DNA of 54,213 nt, filler included, from Dimargaris cristalligena (lineage: Eukaryota), in the NCBI GenBank assembly GCA_003614675.1. It is 2 parts of 2 records of this genome, joined end to end, with 100 filler letters (N's around TTAATTAATTAA, not from the genome) between each part and the next. Parts side by side here need not be neighbours in the genome. Positions count along the whole stretch, not along the records: positions 1 to 27,063 come from ML002524.1; 1 more part is not named here. One strand, 5' to 3'. The notes beneath the pieces were generated by a model, which was not told where the DNA came from, made no database searches, and saw nothing but the letters and a program-made list of their open reading frames with translations. Positions 10,857 through 23,071 of the stretch are shown here, in pieces; within the stretch, counting starts at the first letter, position 1; every line of letters begins with the position of its first letter. Position numbers and translations under genes: made by a program.

Positions 10857-13800
10857 GAGCAGCGGTAAATAGATGAGGACAAGTATAACGATCGAGGGGG
10901 TGTGGCAAAGATTCCTAGATGGAAAGAGCGGGGATCAAATCTGGATAAGGTATGAGAGGGTGAACCTGTCACTAACTAACTAATGCGGAGGATTGGTAGA
11001 GGCTTGATGAAGAGCACTAAGTAGATAATAAGAGGGCTTAAAGTCCGAGTGGAGGGAATCGGCGATTTAAGGGAACAGGACTATAGGAAGAGCGGATGGG
11101 CCGGGGAATCAGTAAAAGACAGTCGCTGCACGATCCCAGAACGTGGGCAAAAAAATTCAAGGTATGCACTGGTGGTCTGGGGAGAAAAGAGGTACGCCGG
11201 TATTGGGCGGGAATAGTAAACGCAGAGTCTTCTCGGGTGGACTGTGGTTATAGTGCTTATTCGGCTATCGGGTTAGTATCAAAAAGCGGATGGAGAATCA
11301 AGAAGAGAGGGATAGCTCGGGGAACTTAGAGGGGGTGACTTGGGCAAGTTGCGAAAGTGGTCCAGAAAAATAGTGGGTCGATTTTTGAGAGTAGAAGAGA
11401 CCAACTGAGCCGAATTGGGGGGTTGGTCCGATGAGAGCCAAGTGAATGAATATAGCTTAAAGATGGGGGCGAAAGGAAGTGAGAGAGTCGAAGGGATTAG
11501 ATACTTGAGCCAGGCATCCGGTAGATCGTGAAAGTTGAAGGTAAAGAAGGGAGGGGGTAGTATTGGTGGTGAAGGCAGGAGAGATGGCCCGAGATTACTG
11601 TGAGGAAGGGGCGCTAGGACACTCTACTAGGGAACAAGGGGGCAAATTAGCGGTCAGTGGCCAGCGATGGCTGGACTAATTGCCAGAGAGAAAGGGGCAC
11701 AGCAGCACACAGCGGCTTGTGGAGTCGGATGGGTTAACGAGACCGGGGAATCCCAACTGAACAATGGGCAGCGGGGTGGTAGGAAATTACGTGTGGCGGT
11801 GAGTTGGTTGCTGTAGTAGGACGCAGAATGAAAGAGTGTGTGGAGGTGGGCAATGGAAGCACAAAGAGAGTTATTGGGAAGATGAACGCAGTAGGCTGAC
11901 AAAGGGTAACGGAACAAGAAGGGATAGAGTGTGTTTGGTATGGTAACAGAACAACAGAAGATGCAGTTAGAAATGATATACTTGTCCACCCACCCTCCTA
12001 CCACACTATCAGTTGCTATACTATTTTATATTGTACCACAAATATCCACCACTTTTGTAAAAGTCGGTTGTTATCCAGAGGAGTCGTAAGGTAAGGAGGG
12101 GGGGATATATTATGACTTAGAGGTGGTGATGGTGGCCATTGCAGCCCGCCGTCCTCCTGCCACTGATGCACAGCCCTCCTAGGCCACCTATAGCTGGGCC
12201 GGGGAGAATATGAGATTATATAGGTCGAAACCTCTCTCGTCCAAAAGATGGAAGGGCCTTCTCTCTTCAGCCATGACCATTCGCGTTGCCAAAAAAGCGT
12301 GTAGTTTAGTTGACTTAAGTGGATAGTTGAAAATGGGTATCACAAGGGGATTTTCTTACTGGTCTATGGGTGGTGTTTTCCTGGGAGTAGGCCTGCTGTA
12401 TACGAATGAAATTGGGAACATGGTAAGGGGTGTGCGTTTGGTTTCGAAAGGGTTGGTTATATAGAGCAGAACAGAGTAGGGTATGAGGGTAGGGTAAGTG
12501 GTGGATATTGAGCGGGAACTAGTGGGGTGGGGGGCTTTCCAATCCCTTACGAAGGGTGGCAGGATACACCCGACTATAAAAAGAAGGGGAGACCCCCCAC
12601 AGGAGATTTACTGACTTTATTCAACTGGCCCGTTGATTGCCTACTACACTTAGCCAGTGATGAAGGGTCACCACAGCATAGGCCTTTCTTTTCCCTTGAA
12701 AACCCGTGAGGTGAAGGGATTGATTGTGCGACGAATCCAGATAAACAACGTAAGTAAGTGGGTTTTTTGAACCGAGGGATCGTATAAACTACTAACAGTG
12801 TAACAGGGACCCAGGACTATATCAACTTCCCGACAGTAAAGATGCACACATAATACCGACAAAAGGAACTCCGGAATAAGAAGGATCTTACTCTGGGATC
12901 AACATCAGACACGCTTATGTATATTTGGAATCTGGCGGCAAAGGCGACCCTTTAACATTTGCGCATATAGGCTGTATGCGAGATTTACTACCCGGGCCAT
13001 CGACGTTGGGCTTTCCGCTGCCTAGCAACGTCTATTAAATGAACACCGAAAAGCGCTTTGCCAGGGAAATCTATCCCAATCGCCGGCCGTCGTTGACCAC
13101 ATATAGCCATCCATACCCGACCTCTAAGCAAATGCGGTAGTATATGGGCTATAACACCTTCATCAAGCCCAACCATCTCAAAGAGTCTTCACATATTCTT
13201 TCGCCGCCAACTATTCGGTCCCCGTTTATAAGCTTCACACTGGTGGTAGGTAGTTGTTAATAACCATTTAGTTACGCATTGGGTTATCCGCCAATAATTA
13301 ACGCTGCTGGTTGTCTTCCCAACTGGAATTCCGAGCGTGGGTCCGGGTCGAGCCAGTGTTGAAGTGGTTGTGTCTATATTCTAATGTGGGAGAGGCCATC
13401 AGCAGCATATACCTATTAAAGGCAATATACCAGGGCAGTCTACTCAATTTATTCGATACCCAATCAAATTTCTCGTTGGTTTGACCAAATAAACGAAAGC
13501 AGGCCGTCTAGATTATCGTCAATCGCACTTTCGTGGGGCAAAACAGGGGGTTCTTAGTACCGAAGAAAGAACAGGGCAATCGTCGCCAGGCAAACTATCG
13601 ATGCGCCCGATGAAAGGTAGGCAGGCCGCTATGAGGAGGGAGGTTGGTGGTTTGGTTGCTGAGGATTTACCAGCCAGCTCAACCCGGAAATGAAGAAATA
13701 ATTGTAAGCGGAAGACACCATCAATCTCCCCCAAAATGGCTAATGGCCGTGCTGTTCCCAATGGGCATTTTTATCAATGCAATTGACACGGTATTCACAA

Positions 13801-14375
13801 AGGGAAGAGAAGTGTCCCTTTTGGAAACAAGGTTTGCCTCCCCTTCCCCATTGCGGCTAATACCCTCACTGCCAAAATGCATTCGATGGCGCGCTCCGGG
13901 TAGATTGGGGTAGCCTAAATGTATTAAATTTAGCCATGTCTCTTTTCCCCCCTGCCACACGGTCCTTGTGACCGATTGGCCGGTTGAAATAGTCCGCGCC
14001 ACCACAACAGCCCAATCCCACAGGCTGTATGCAGTCGGGGTTATTTCCCTCGACTCGTTCACTGAACTTCGTGTAACTGCATACAACCTGCTAGTGCTAC
14101 TGGCTAGGGATAATGCACTCTCCCAATTTTCCCGCTCCATGTTATATATAATCATATAAAACCCTACCTTTATGCCCCGCCCTTCTCCCCAATTCAGTTG
14201 GCATTCCTTTCCGTACTATTTTTTTTCTCCTTGTCTGTTGCCCGCCCATTTGTTACCAAGCTCTCCTCGGCCTCTTGCTCTACTCTAGTTTCCCCCGACC
14301 TCGGTGCTTCCCAGTTCCGGACCTCTATCACCTATTTACCCATCACTGACCGCGTCTACTGGACCCAACCTGAGT

Positions 14376-17244
14376 ATGCCGAAGCTAGGCAAAGAGCATG
14401 TGGACGCTTACAAGAAGTTGAACCACTACCATAAAACAACCGCCCTACCGCCGAAGGGGCAGTCTGACCTTGTATTCAACAACATGGTGCGTGGTAACAA
14501 GGCAATGTCCGAAGTACGTTTCTATTCTATACAGTGGTAATATTTACACATCTTCCATCCACTTGCCTGGAACAACGGGGTTTCCAGGGCCCTTTTCCGA
14601 ACAGCCAGGAAGGAACTTACAGTCTACACTGCGTATTGGTCGGGAACTCAACTTTTCCTGATGGGGGAGGAAGGGGTGGGAGGTGAATAAGGGGGGGGGG
14701 GTCTTACATAGCTCTTACGGTGTGGTGTGCTCTACATTAGCGGTTATATATACCCTTCTATTCCACTGTGTATATTCGAAAGTGGTCCCATGGTTTAATT
14801 TTTTTTGCCGTGGTTGAGCTTTTATGCCACTGAATTATCTCTCCCAGTAGAGCTTGTTGGACCTCCTTTCTCTCCTGCTACCCTCATTTCCTTTTTTCCT
14901 CTGCAGCGTTACACCAGCGTGTGAGCACATTATCTGTTTTTCTTGGCTATTTCGGCTTCTGAATTTACCAGTGACCCACCTGGACAACAGTGATATTATT
15001 GTTCCCATTTCCTACTGTTCCACCCTGTTTATTGATTTACTGTCACTTGGAAAATTTTGGCCTCTCCCTTCCCTCCGCGTTATTATTGATTGTCCCTTTG
15101 CGAACACCCCAATTGTCATTGCCACCGAACTCGCTAACTTTTTACTTTTACATTTATCTTTTACGATCCGGCGCCACCCATCCCTTTGTTTTATTATTGG
15201 CTTTACCCCGTCATATATATGCAACCGAGCCAGGTTTTTCGTATTACGACCGAAACAATCCAGATGGGTAAGTGTTTATATATATTTATAGGGAAACGGC
15301 CTTGCCCAGGTGGCTTTCGGAGCCAACCCCCTCTGCATTCCCTCCCAGGCTACTGCCGTTGACTACGCAACCCAGGCCTTTATTAAACTGGGTCACTGCC
15401 ACGCTGTGCGTGACGGGGGAAGGCAAGCAAAATATCGATGTATTCAGTCACTTCGCATCAAAGCTATGCACCCTTTAGCTACCACTATAACGCCTTCACC
15501 TGGCCTTGTGCTTGGGATATTCCTCCTTCATGTTCTAAACCTATATTTTCGGCTATTATATACCATCTATTTCTCTATTTCTCTGTTACCTTACACCCCA
15601 CCCAATTCACCTCGAAGAGGCCAGCCAGACTAAACGCGACGAGTGCGCCGCTAAACTCCGCGACTGCCAAGAGGTATTTCATAAGCATATTCCCAAATAA
15701 CGGAGCTGTATTTCGCCGTTTCTTGCAAATGAATAATTGTTTGAATGTCAGTCTACGGTATGCCCCGGGACATCATTTGATTACCCGTCACTTTGCAACT
15801 CTGCTGTCTAACTAACCATCTGGTGACGTACATTCATATCCGATATTGCACTAATTACCAACCATCATTATCCTACTAGGCTGTTTTAGCCACCGAGATG
15901 AACATCATCGATATGAAGAGGAAAATCAGGCGGAACAAATTCAATAATCGGTACGTTGTTGTTTGGCACCGTCATATTTGATACTGCCTTTTTTCTATTG
16001 TTATATTAACATTGGATTTTAGATCCACCTCCATCATCATAGAACCTTGAGTTTGTCCACTTTCCTTAAACCTAATTCACCAGACATGCGTATATTGTAG
16101 TTGCTAACACCATCCGGCCCTCTGTACTTGGTTTATTTCGATTGCTAAATCGATGGCAAACCTTCAATTCCCCCATTCCATACCTCCCAAACTCTCGACC
16201 ATGATACCTTTTTTAGCATCCTTTCACGTAGCCTCGATCTTTCGAGAACTACCGTGGATCGAAAGCGACTTCTCCGATTTGTTGAGTCCAACCCCATCTT
16301 CCGAGACATTCTGGATGAAGATGACTTAAGGATCATCCAAGGGCGGCCAGAAAGAACCGGGGTCTATGGGTCATACTTGCGGGACGTTACCCTCTCGGAT
16401 GTTAACCAGCTGCTGGCGAAGATTGATGAGGATGAAGACATGGATGAGGCAGGGGGTGGCTCTTCTCAATCGGCCTCAACCCAACTGGGCATGGCGCCCG
16501 AAGGCTCCGACCCTGATGCTGAGTTGGCCGATCCTGCCAAGAAACGGCGACCCCGTCGTCCCAAAGACCCCAATGCGCCAAAGAAGCCTCAAAATGCGTA
16601 TTTTCGCTACCGGGACCAGGAACTCGGGCGTATGAAGACCGATAACGAAACCGAAACGATAACTGATCTGACGAGACGGATTAGCGAAAACTGGAAGAAT
16701 CTTAGCACAAAAGATAAGCAGGTAAGTTGAGCGGGATGGAACTTGATCTCCGCGACTGCCTTGATCTAAGATATACGCACCAGCAAGATGCCCGGCCTAT
16801 CCACTTTTTCCAGCGTAGTAGGTGTGGGTTTCCGAACCAAAAAGAAAAAACCTCCCGAATGATCATCGAGTGTACGTCAATTGGGATACTCCAAATGGGT
16901 GTTTTCTATTTTTGTGGGTGTATAGGTTAGATCTAATTAGCCGGCTTCAATCCCAGGTTAGATTTTTTTCCTAATTACCCGTGGCATCGCACTTTTCTCC
17001 TTTTATACTGTAGCCCTTTTTTGACCAGTATAACCGTGAAATTGACGTTTATCGTGTTATATATAAGGAATACCGCCTTGCTATGAAGGCTAGAGCGGAA
17101 GCCTTGGGCGAAACACCTGACCCGAGTTTATTGGACCCGCCCGTAATTAATCCAGCGGACCCAAATGATCCAGTGCAGCTTGACGAAGAAGATGAGCAAG
17201 AAGTTCATCTGTTATTGGACTCCGATCCCGTGGAAAATGCCTAA
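14376..17244 (+). CDS. HMG-box protein with N-terminal coiled coil (Nhp10/INO80-subunit-like), ~344 aa. Proposed exons 14376-14513, 15234-15267, 15618-15673, 15880-15950, 16217-16721, 17014-17244
   Basis: HMG box KDPNAPKKPQNAYFRY...DLTRRISENWKNLSTKDKQ|PFFDQYNREIDVYR spans the last intron. The small exons splice in frame into a coiled-coil-like EASQTKRDECAAKLRDCQEAVLATEMNIIDMKRKIRR. The 3' exons are firm; the three 5' exons are less certain. Confidence 0.8.
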
Positions 17245-17985
17245 TAGCCGAATTTAGATAAGGGGATGGGTAGATTCTCCCTCCTTCACCCTGGTACAGT
17301 AGTGCCCATTCCTATTTGACCATGCGTTTCTCCATTCTATTCAATTGGATGTTTCATTCCCTTGCCCACGTTTTTATGTTTTTAACTTCAAGTGCTTGTC
17401 TGTACATCATAGCTTCTTTGTTTCCCTCCGTCCTGTTACCACTGGTTAGCTGACATCTAACATTTATCTTTTAAATATGCCTCTTTGGCCATTTCTTTCA
17501 CCCGCTAGGGGGGGTTTCTTTTTCTAATGGGTTTGTCATCTCCTCATTTAGCCTCACTCATTTACTCACTTTTTTTTTTTCGTTTAATGTCATTTCCCAC
17601 ATTATTTTAACGTTGATTTGTTGGCGGCATTTCTCACTGATGCCCTTTTGTTCTAGTATTCTTTTCATTGATATAAATTGTATATGGCTTGATCAGCTCA
17701 GCAAAGATTAGTTCCTAGAGCTTTATCCAGGGACCGTGTTGATTGGCTGAAGTGGGGTATGGAAGGGGGGGGATTAGCCCCGAAATATAACAAATACTAC
17801 ATTGTATAAATTTAATTCGATGCCATTTACCAGATAAAAATGCCCTTCCCACCAGATTTAACAATTTTACTTCAATCATTAGTTACAGGAATTTATTGGC
17901 TATTCTCCGAGGTTCGAACAAATATCGGTCTTAATGCATTCCAAATGGTTGAGTTTTAGTTGCGAAGAGGCAGTAGGGCCCGTGA

Positions 17986-20881
17986 TTACTTTGATCGTAA
18001 TAGATTGCGGCGCTCAGTCCCCAATTCTTCCTCAGACTCGGTATCTGTATAATCTATCGATTAGGATAATGCCGACCCGGAGTAAAATCAAATCAATGTT
18101 AATTGGAATAGGTGTACCATTATGGCACGGTTAGAAGGATAATGATGAGGTCGTAGTGATGGTTTCGGGGTGGTTGGATCAAGAACATGTACCTCTTTTC
18201 TTTCATTACAACAGGGGAGGAGGTAGCACTGAGTGAAAAGAATCATAGAGAAACCGCCCGCCTCCCCGCCGGTCCCCCCCACCGTGTTTTTGAAGGGGTT
18301 TCAATTAGACCAGTTTCGATTCTAAATAAAAATAAAAAATACTATACTTACCTTGCGATAATTCGCTTGACGTGGAATCGTAGTCGCTGTGCGATTGGGA
18401 GTCGGTCTCCCAGCTGGACTCGGTTGTATACCCATCGGTAGATTCGGAATGGGAACCGACTGACGCGGCACTTCGGGGACGGTAGGCCGTGTGGGGGGAA
18501 GATTTCGGATAAGGGAGGGGGGATACCGACGCGACCGTGGCGGGTAGCCGTTCCTCAGGGGAACTGGCCTGACTGTAAAACGCATCCAGGTCGTTCAGAT
18601 TCTGGGCCCGGGCGGCCGTCGTGAACTTACTGGCCTTTCGTTTGGAGGTAGAGGTGGTGTTGCGGGGTGCCCCACCGCCACCACCACCGCCACCAGCGCC
18701 ATTATTACCCCGGCTAGAGCGATCGGCCCGATCCGAAGTAGCGGGGGCTTGTCCCCGGAACACCGCGGGGGGTTTGCTCGGGGGCCAGGCGGGTAGGTCT
18801 TGGTAACCGGCGACCGGGTGGTTTAAGAGCAGCGACAGGGAATTCAAGTCAAATAAGGGGGAGTCGCGGTCAGTAATCGGTCGCGGTTGCGTCGCGGAGG
18901 CCGGGCCGGTGACCGGGGCGGGTTTTCCGCCTAGGAAAGCCGTCGCCAGGGATTTAGCCAGCGTGCGGGGTGAAGATGCGGATGATGGTGATGAAGGGGA
19001 TGGATCATCCCGGGTATAATCGGTCGTGTCCGGTTCATTATAGGGTTGAATCAATTGCTGGAGAAACCGGGCCCGGTCACGAAGGTCGTAGTCTAGGTCA
19101 AAGCGGGCCAAGGTAAACAGATACTGGACCAGTCCCTGGAGGGTAGGGGTCAAAGGTAAGGCCACGGATGCCTTGGCTGCCAGGGTCAAGATACTCAATT
19201 TGACGGGACTGGTTTCCGTTTTAAAGCTACGGGCCCCCCATTGGAGTAAATCGGCCGGGTATTGGGGGAACGCGGCCGCAAACTCCCCCACGAGGTAGTA
19301 CACGTTTTCGCGCGCGAGCGGGGCGGTATGGGGTTGCACAATAACGCTGACCAAGGCGGCTAGAAGGGAAGGCACGGCCTCGGAAGTGACGGTACGGGTC
19401 CGGATTAAGGCGCGAAGTTGGGCCACGGCATGACCTACTATGATGGGGTCGCTGTTGCGGGTCAGGACCACGAGGCCACGCAGACAGGCGGTGTGGTGCC
19501 GGGCCGAGAGGCGTTGGGCGCACCGACCGACGGTTTCAATGGCCGCTTCCACCAGGGCCGGCTGGTCGGAACGCAGGTAGCGCTGGAGTTCACGAAGTAA
19601 AGCGGGGGCGCCCTGTTCCGTGAGGGTAGCCTGCAAAATCTGGATTTTTAATTGCCAAATGTAAGCCGGGTCCTCGGCGGTCACGAAAAAATGGTGCATG
19701 TGGGGGGTGAACAGATCGGGTTGCTTTTCACAAATCACCCGAATATGGGTTAGGACGGCGTATTCCAATTCCCGACTGGCTCTTAGGACTCGAATTAACG
19801 GCTTCACTACCTTCGGTAGATCGGAATAGGGGCCGATATGGTAGAGGGCCGAAACGACCGTCATAACCACAGCGGCATTATCGCTCTGTAGGAGGGGCCA
19901 AAAGGAGCGAAGCAAAAGGGCATGGTCCTCGTCGAGATACTGGAGCTTCGCCGGGTGGTTGTCATCGATGTCGCTACCGGATCCTGGGGGTGGTTCTTGA
20001 GAATCGGGAATCGATTCATAGTCCTTACTAAAGGAGGGTGACGGTCCATTGGAGGATCCGGGGGTGGTAGAGCGGGGTTTCACTGGGTTGGGGTTGATGA
20101 ACTGGGTCCGGGCGTACCGCAGAAGCAAGTTTACAATAGCAATCTGCCCCCATTCGTCCGTATCAATCAGCATCAAGCACAGCTTGGCGAAGTGCGGGTG
20201 GATAAGATCGAACCGATCGGGGCACACCCCATTGAAGGCCTGAATAACGCTACCGATAGTGATGGGGGTCTTTTCGTGCAGGAGGTTTTGAATGAGGGTG
20301 ACCAGGGACGAGGTGAGGCTAGGGTCCAGGCTGTGGAGTTTGGGAATAGCAAAGGCCGCAATTTTGCGCACGTAGGGCGACCGATCGGCGACCCCTTTTT
20401 GAATAGCCATGAGCACGATGGAGCTGATAATGGGCACGCGGATACTCGACAGGACCCGCAACGCCATGGCCCGAATACCCTGGTGCCGGTCGCCCAAGTC
20501 CTTCTGAAAAGTGTTGATGGACAGGAGGGCCAAATCGGGTTCCTGTTCGGCGTAGCGCAGCAGGTACATGTACACTAACTGGCGGATTTCCAAATTGCCC
20601 GAGGCCACATTCTTCACCACATCGGGAAAGAATTCGGCCGCATCGTGCCCTTTGGTAATGACCGCAATGAGCCGGCGCATGCCTTCTAGTTTGTCCCGGT
20701 CCACCCGGGAATCGAGTTTCTTCTTGACATCCGCTAGTTTGAGCTCGGCATTGTCGTAGAACTGAACGGGATTCTCGAACCCGAAATCCTTGGCGTTCTC
20801 CACGAGTCCCTCGGACACGCGTTTGGATATTTCGGCGGCGCTGTGGGCGAGGGCAGCGGCCCGATTAAAGTATTCGGCCAT
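17986..20881 (-). CDS. APL6: AP-3 adaptor complex beta subunit (~865 aa). Exons 20881-18352 and 18053-17986
   Basis: Adaptin N-terminal trunk: KLEGMRRLIA, FFPDVVKNVAS, YLLRYAEQEPDLALLSINTFQKDL, DEWGQ, DYDLRDRARF. A phase-1 intron (GTAAGT at 18351, TAG at 18056-18054) adds DYTDTESEEELGTERRNLLRSK*. Confidence 0.93.
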
Positions 20882-21735
20882 GGCCTAGGGAGGAAGGGAA
20901 GACTTGTCTGGCAGGGGGGTATAATGGGTGAAAATGGGAGGTAGGGGTATTGTGGTAAATGGTTCGTTTTGGAACGTAGTATGAAATGGTGGGCCGTTGC
21001 AATAGAGGGGGTTCGGTATGAAAGATGATGGAATTCAATAAACTTGGTGGTTAGGCTGGGAATGGGTGCATGTGGTGGATGGAGGGGCGGTTAGAACTGG
21101 TCCTCAGGATACACTAACTTGATTATGCGGGCTTTCAACTGTGGTCACATTTCATCCCACCACTACTGAGGAAACCTGTTGGGCGATTTACTGTGGTATA
21201 ATATCCCAAGTCACAAGCACTATGTAGTCCTTGCCCGGTACCAAGCTGCCAGTTTTTAAAGCCCTTTGCTAGCAAACCATAGGTCCAGTTTAGTCGGTTT
21301 TGGTTGAGAATTTAGAATGTTCGCAGTGTTTCGAATAAGGGATTCCTTATTCTACGGATTGGCTACTCGTCTAATTACATAGCCAGTATAGGTTTTTCCA
21401 CAACCTGGGTTCCCTTCAACTATCCCCCCTCAGTAAATGCTGTCTGCATATAACCCATGGCATATGTAAGAGACCAGTGCTGCCTCACTGATCAAATGCA
21501 GAGCTACTCCAACCGTCAAAATAAATCCACACTGGTCCGATTTGGGAACGGGGTGACCTAGCCAAGGAAAATCAAAATAGTATATTATTGAATGTGCATG
21601 GAAACCTAAGCCATAGCCAATTTAATTACATGTAATGAATATGCCCATGGTTACGACTGGCAAGCTGGTCGGTCAACGGACAAGCCGCGCCTATTAGTAT
21701 TCGGCCATCCGAGGCTGGGGGCATCAATCTCCTCA

Positions 21736-22458
21736 TTATTCAGATGACGCTAGTTTTTGGGCAATGTGGCAATGGTAGTAAACATCCGGTGTAAACATGG
21801 GCCTGTCGGTGACTTCTTTGGGGGCCAGAACCCGATGGCGGGTCACTTTCCAGTGGCAATCGCCCGGCTGTTTCGGTAGGGTTTCGAGGGGCCGGTCGTC
21901 GGAGTACGAAATAATAATCCATCGGCCACCCGGTTTTAGCATTCGGCCCACCTGGCCAGCTAAAGCGCGCAGTCCCAAATCGGGTTCCGATTCGTCGCCA
22001 CAGCAGATGGTGTCAGTTAGGGTTTTGTCGATGACGATATCAAACGGGGCCAGCGCCGTCAGAGTGGGGTCGGAGGTCATGGTCATGCAGTCGGCGGTAA
22101 GCCAGTGGATTTGGACGTCGTTTTCCGGGTGGTTGGTTGGGGCCTCGGAGGTAGGAAGCGTCGGTTCCCAACGCAGGCCAAGTTGGTCACAGAAAGTTCG
22201 GCACCGTCCAGTCATACGGTCGACTACCGATTGGCAATAGTCTACGTTGGCCACCTGGCGGAACCCGTGGGCCAACAGGTCGAAACCCAAGCGGGAAGTA
22301 CCACAGCCTAGGTGAAGAACCTTGTCCGTGGGTTGCATATAGCGTTCAAGGATCGAGCGGAAGACTTGGTAATCGCCTAGCCATTCGAATTGGCTCTCCT
22401 TTTCGAAGCGCTGTTCCCAATAGCTCTTCTCATCGTAGCGCCTCGCATGTACCGTCAT
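21736..22458 (-). CDS. Class I SAM-dependent protein-lysine methyltransferase (EEF1AKMT4/ECE2-MT, METTL13-N-like), 240 aa; start may lie slightly upstream
   Basis: YWEQRF..FEWL N-terminal motif, motif I VLHLGCGTSRL, post-I VDY, motif II FDIVIDK, and LKPGGRWIIISY. Confidence 0.85.
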   Translation of the reverse strand: MTVHARRYDEKSYWEQRFEKESQFEWLGDYQVFRSILERYMQPTDKVLHLGCGTSRLGFDLLAHGFRQVANVDYCQSVVDRMTGRCRTFCDQLGLRWEPTLPTSEAPTNHPENDVQIHWLTADCMTMTSDPTLTALAPFDIVIDKTLTDTICCGDESEPDLGLRALAGQVGRMLKPGGRWIIISYSDDRPLETLPKQPGDCHWKVTRHRVLAPKEVTDRPMFTPDVYYHCHIAQKLASSE

Positions 22459-23071
22459 AGAGTCAAGCTGATCATAAACGAGGTCGTGGTACTCCTTAAG
22501 GGATTCAACCCAGGTAACAAATAATACTACAGGGAACTAAAAAAAAACACAGATAACGACTACAATGACAAAAAAAAACAGGACCCATCATAACCTATTA
22601 CAACCCGCCACCACCTATAGACATTCTTAGTGGCTAGGCATGGCAGGAGTGGTTGACCAGGTTCACATAGATGGGTAAACAGTGGATTCGACAAGTATGG
22701 CTGGCTGTCTTGAACGCCCGCCTAAGGCGCTCTCATTCGATTCCCAGGAATGCCGGACGAACTCCACCCTAGTAACTTGTGACAATCGGGCTGACTGTAG
22801 TAGAGTTGTGGGTGGCAGATACAACTATGGAGCTAGGGTAGGGTGAATGGGGCTGCTATTTGCTTTACCCTGTTCCTGCGTCTTGGTATTTTTGTAGTTA
22901 TTGTTTATCCTAGGTATACGGCTTCACTGACCTCATCCTGCCCAGCCCTTGAGCCATCCCAGTTGCTCCTCGACCCCTTATTACTCCCAACAGCGCCTCC
23001 CCTTCTTTTGGCTACCGATTCCCTTCTAGTTAGAGACTGTACCATAGTGTCGTTGGAACGAATTTAGTACC

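Noticed and set aside
13100..13160. Hairpin ending in ACA as an H/ACA snoRNA
   Set aside because: No clean ANANNA H box or second hairpin.
16735..16790. GAACTTGATCT in an intron resembling a TPP riboswitch core; also GGATAATACC near 51215
   Set aside because: The CTGAGA and P5/GCG elements are missing or out of order, and the host genes are unrelated to thiamine.
18142..18232. ATGATGA...CTGA as a C/D snoRNA
   Set aside because: Antisense to the host intron, with no terminal stem and no recognisable rRNA-complementary guide.
19227..20759. Overlapping alternative-frame and antisense ORFs within AP-3 beta (and likewise in the GprK, TBC, Myb and Zn2Cys6 genes)
   Set aside because: Expected shadows of GC-rich coding sequence; no domain motifs.
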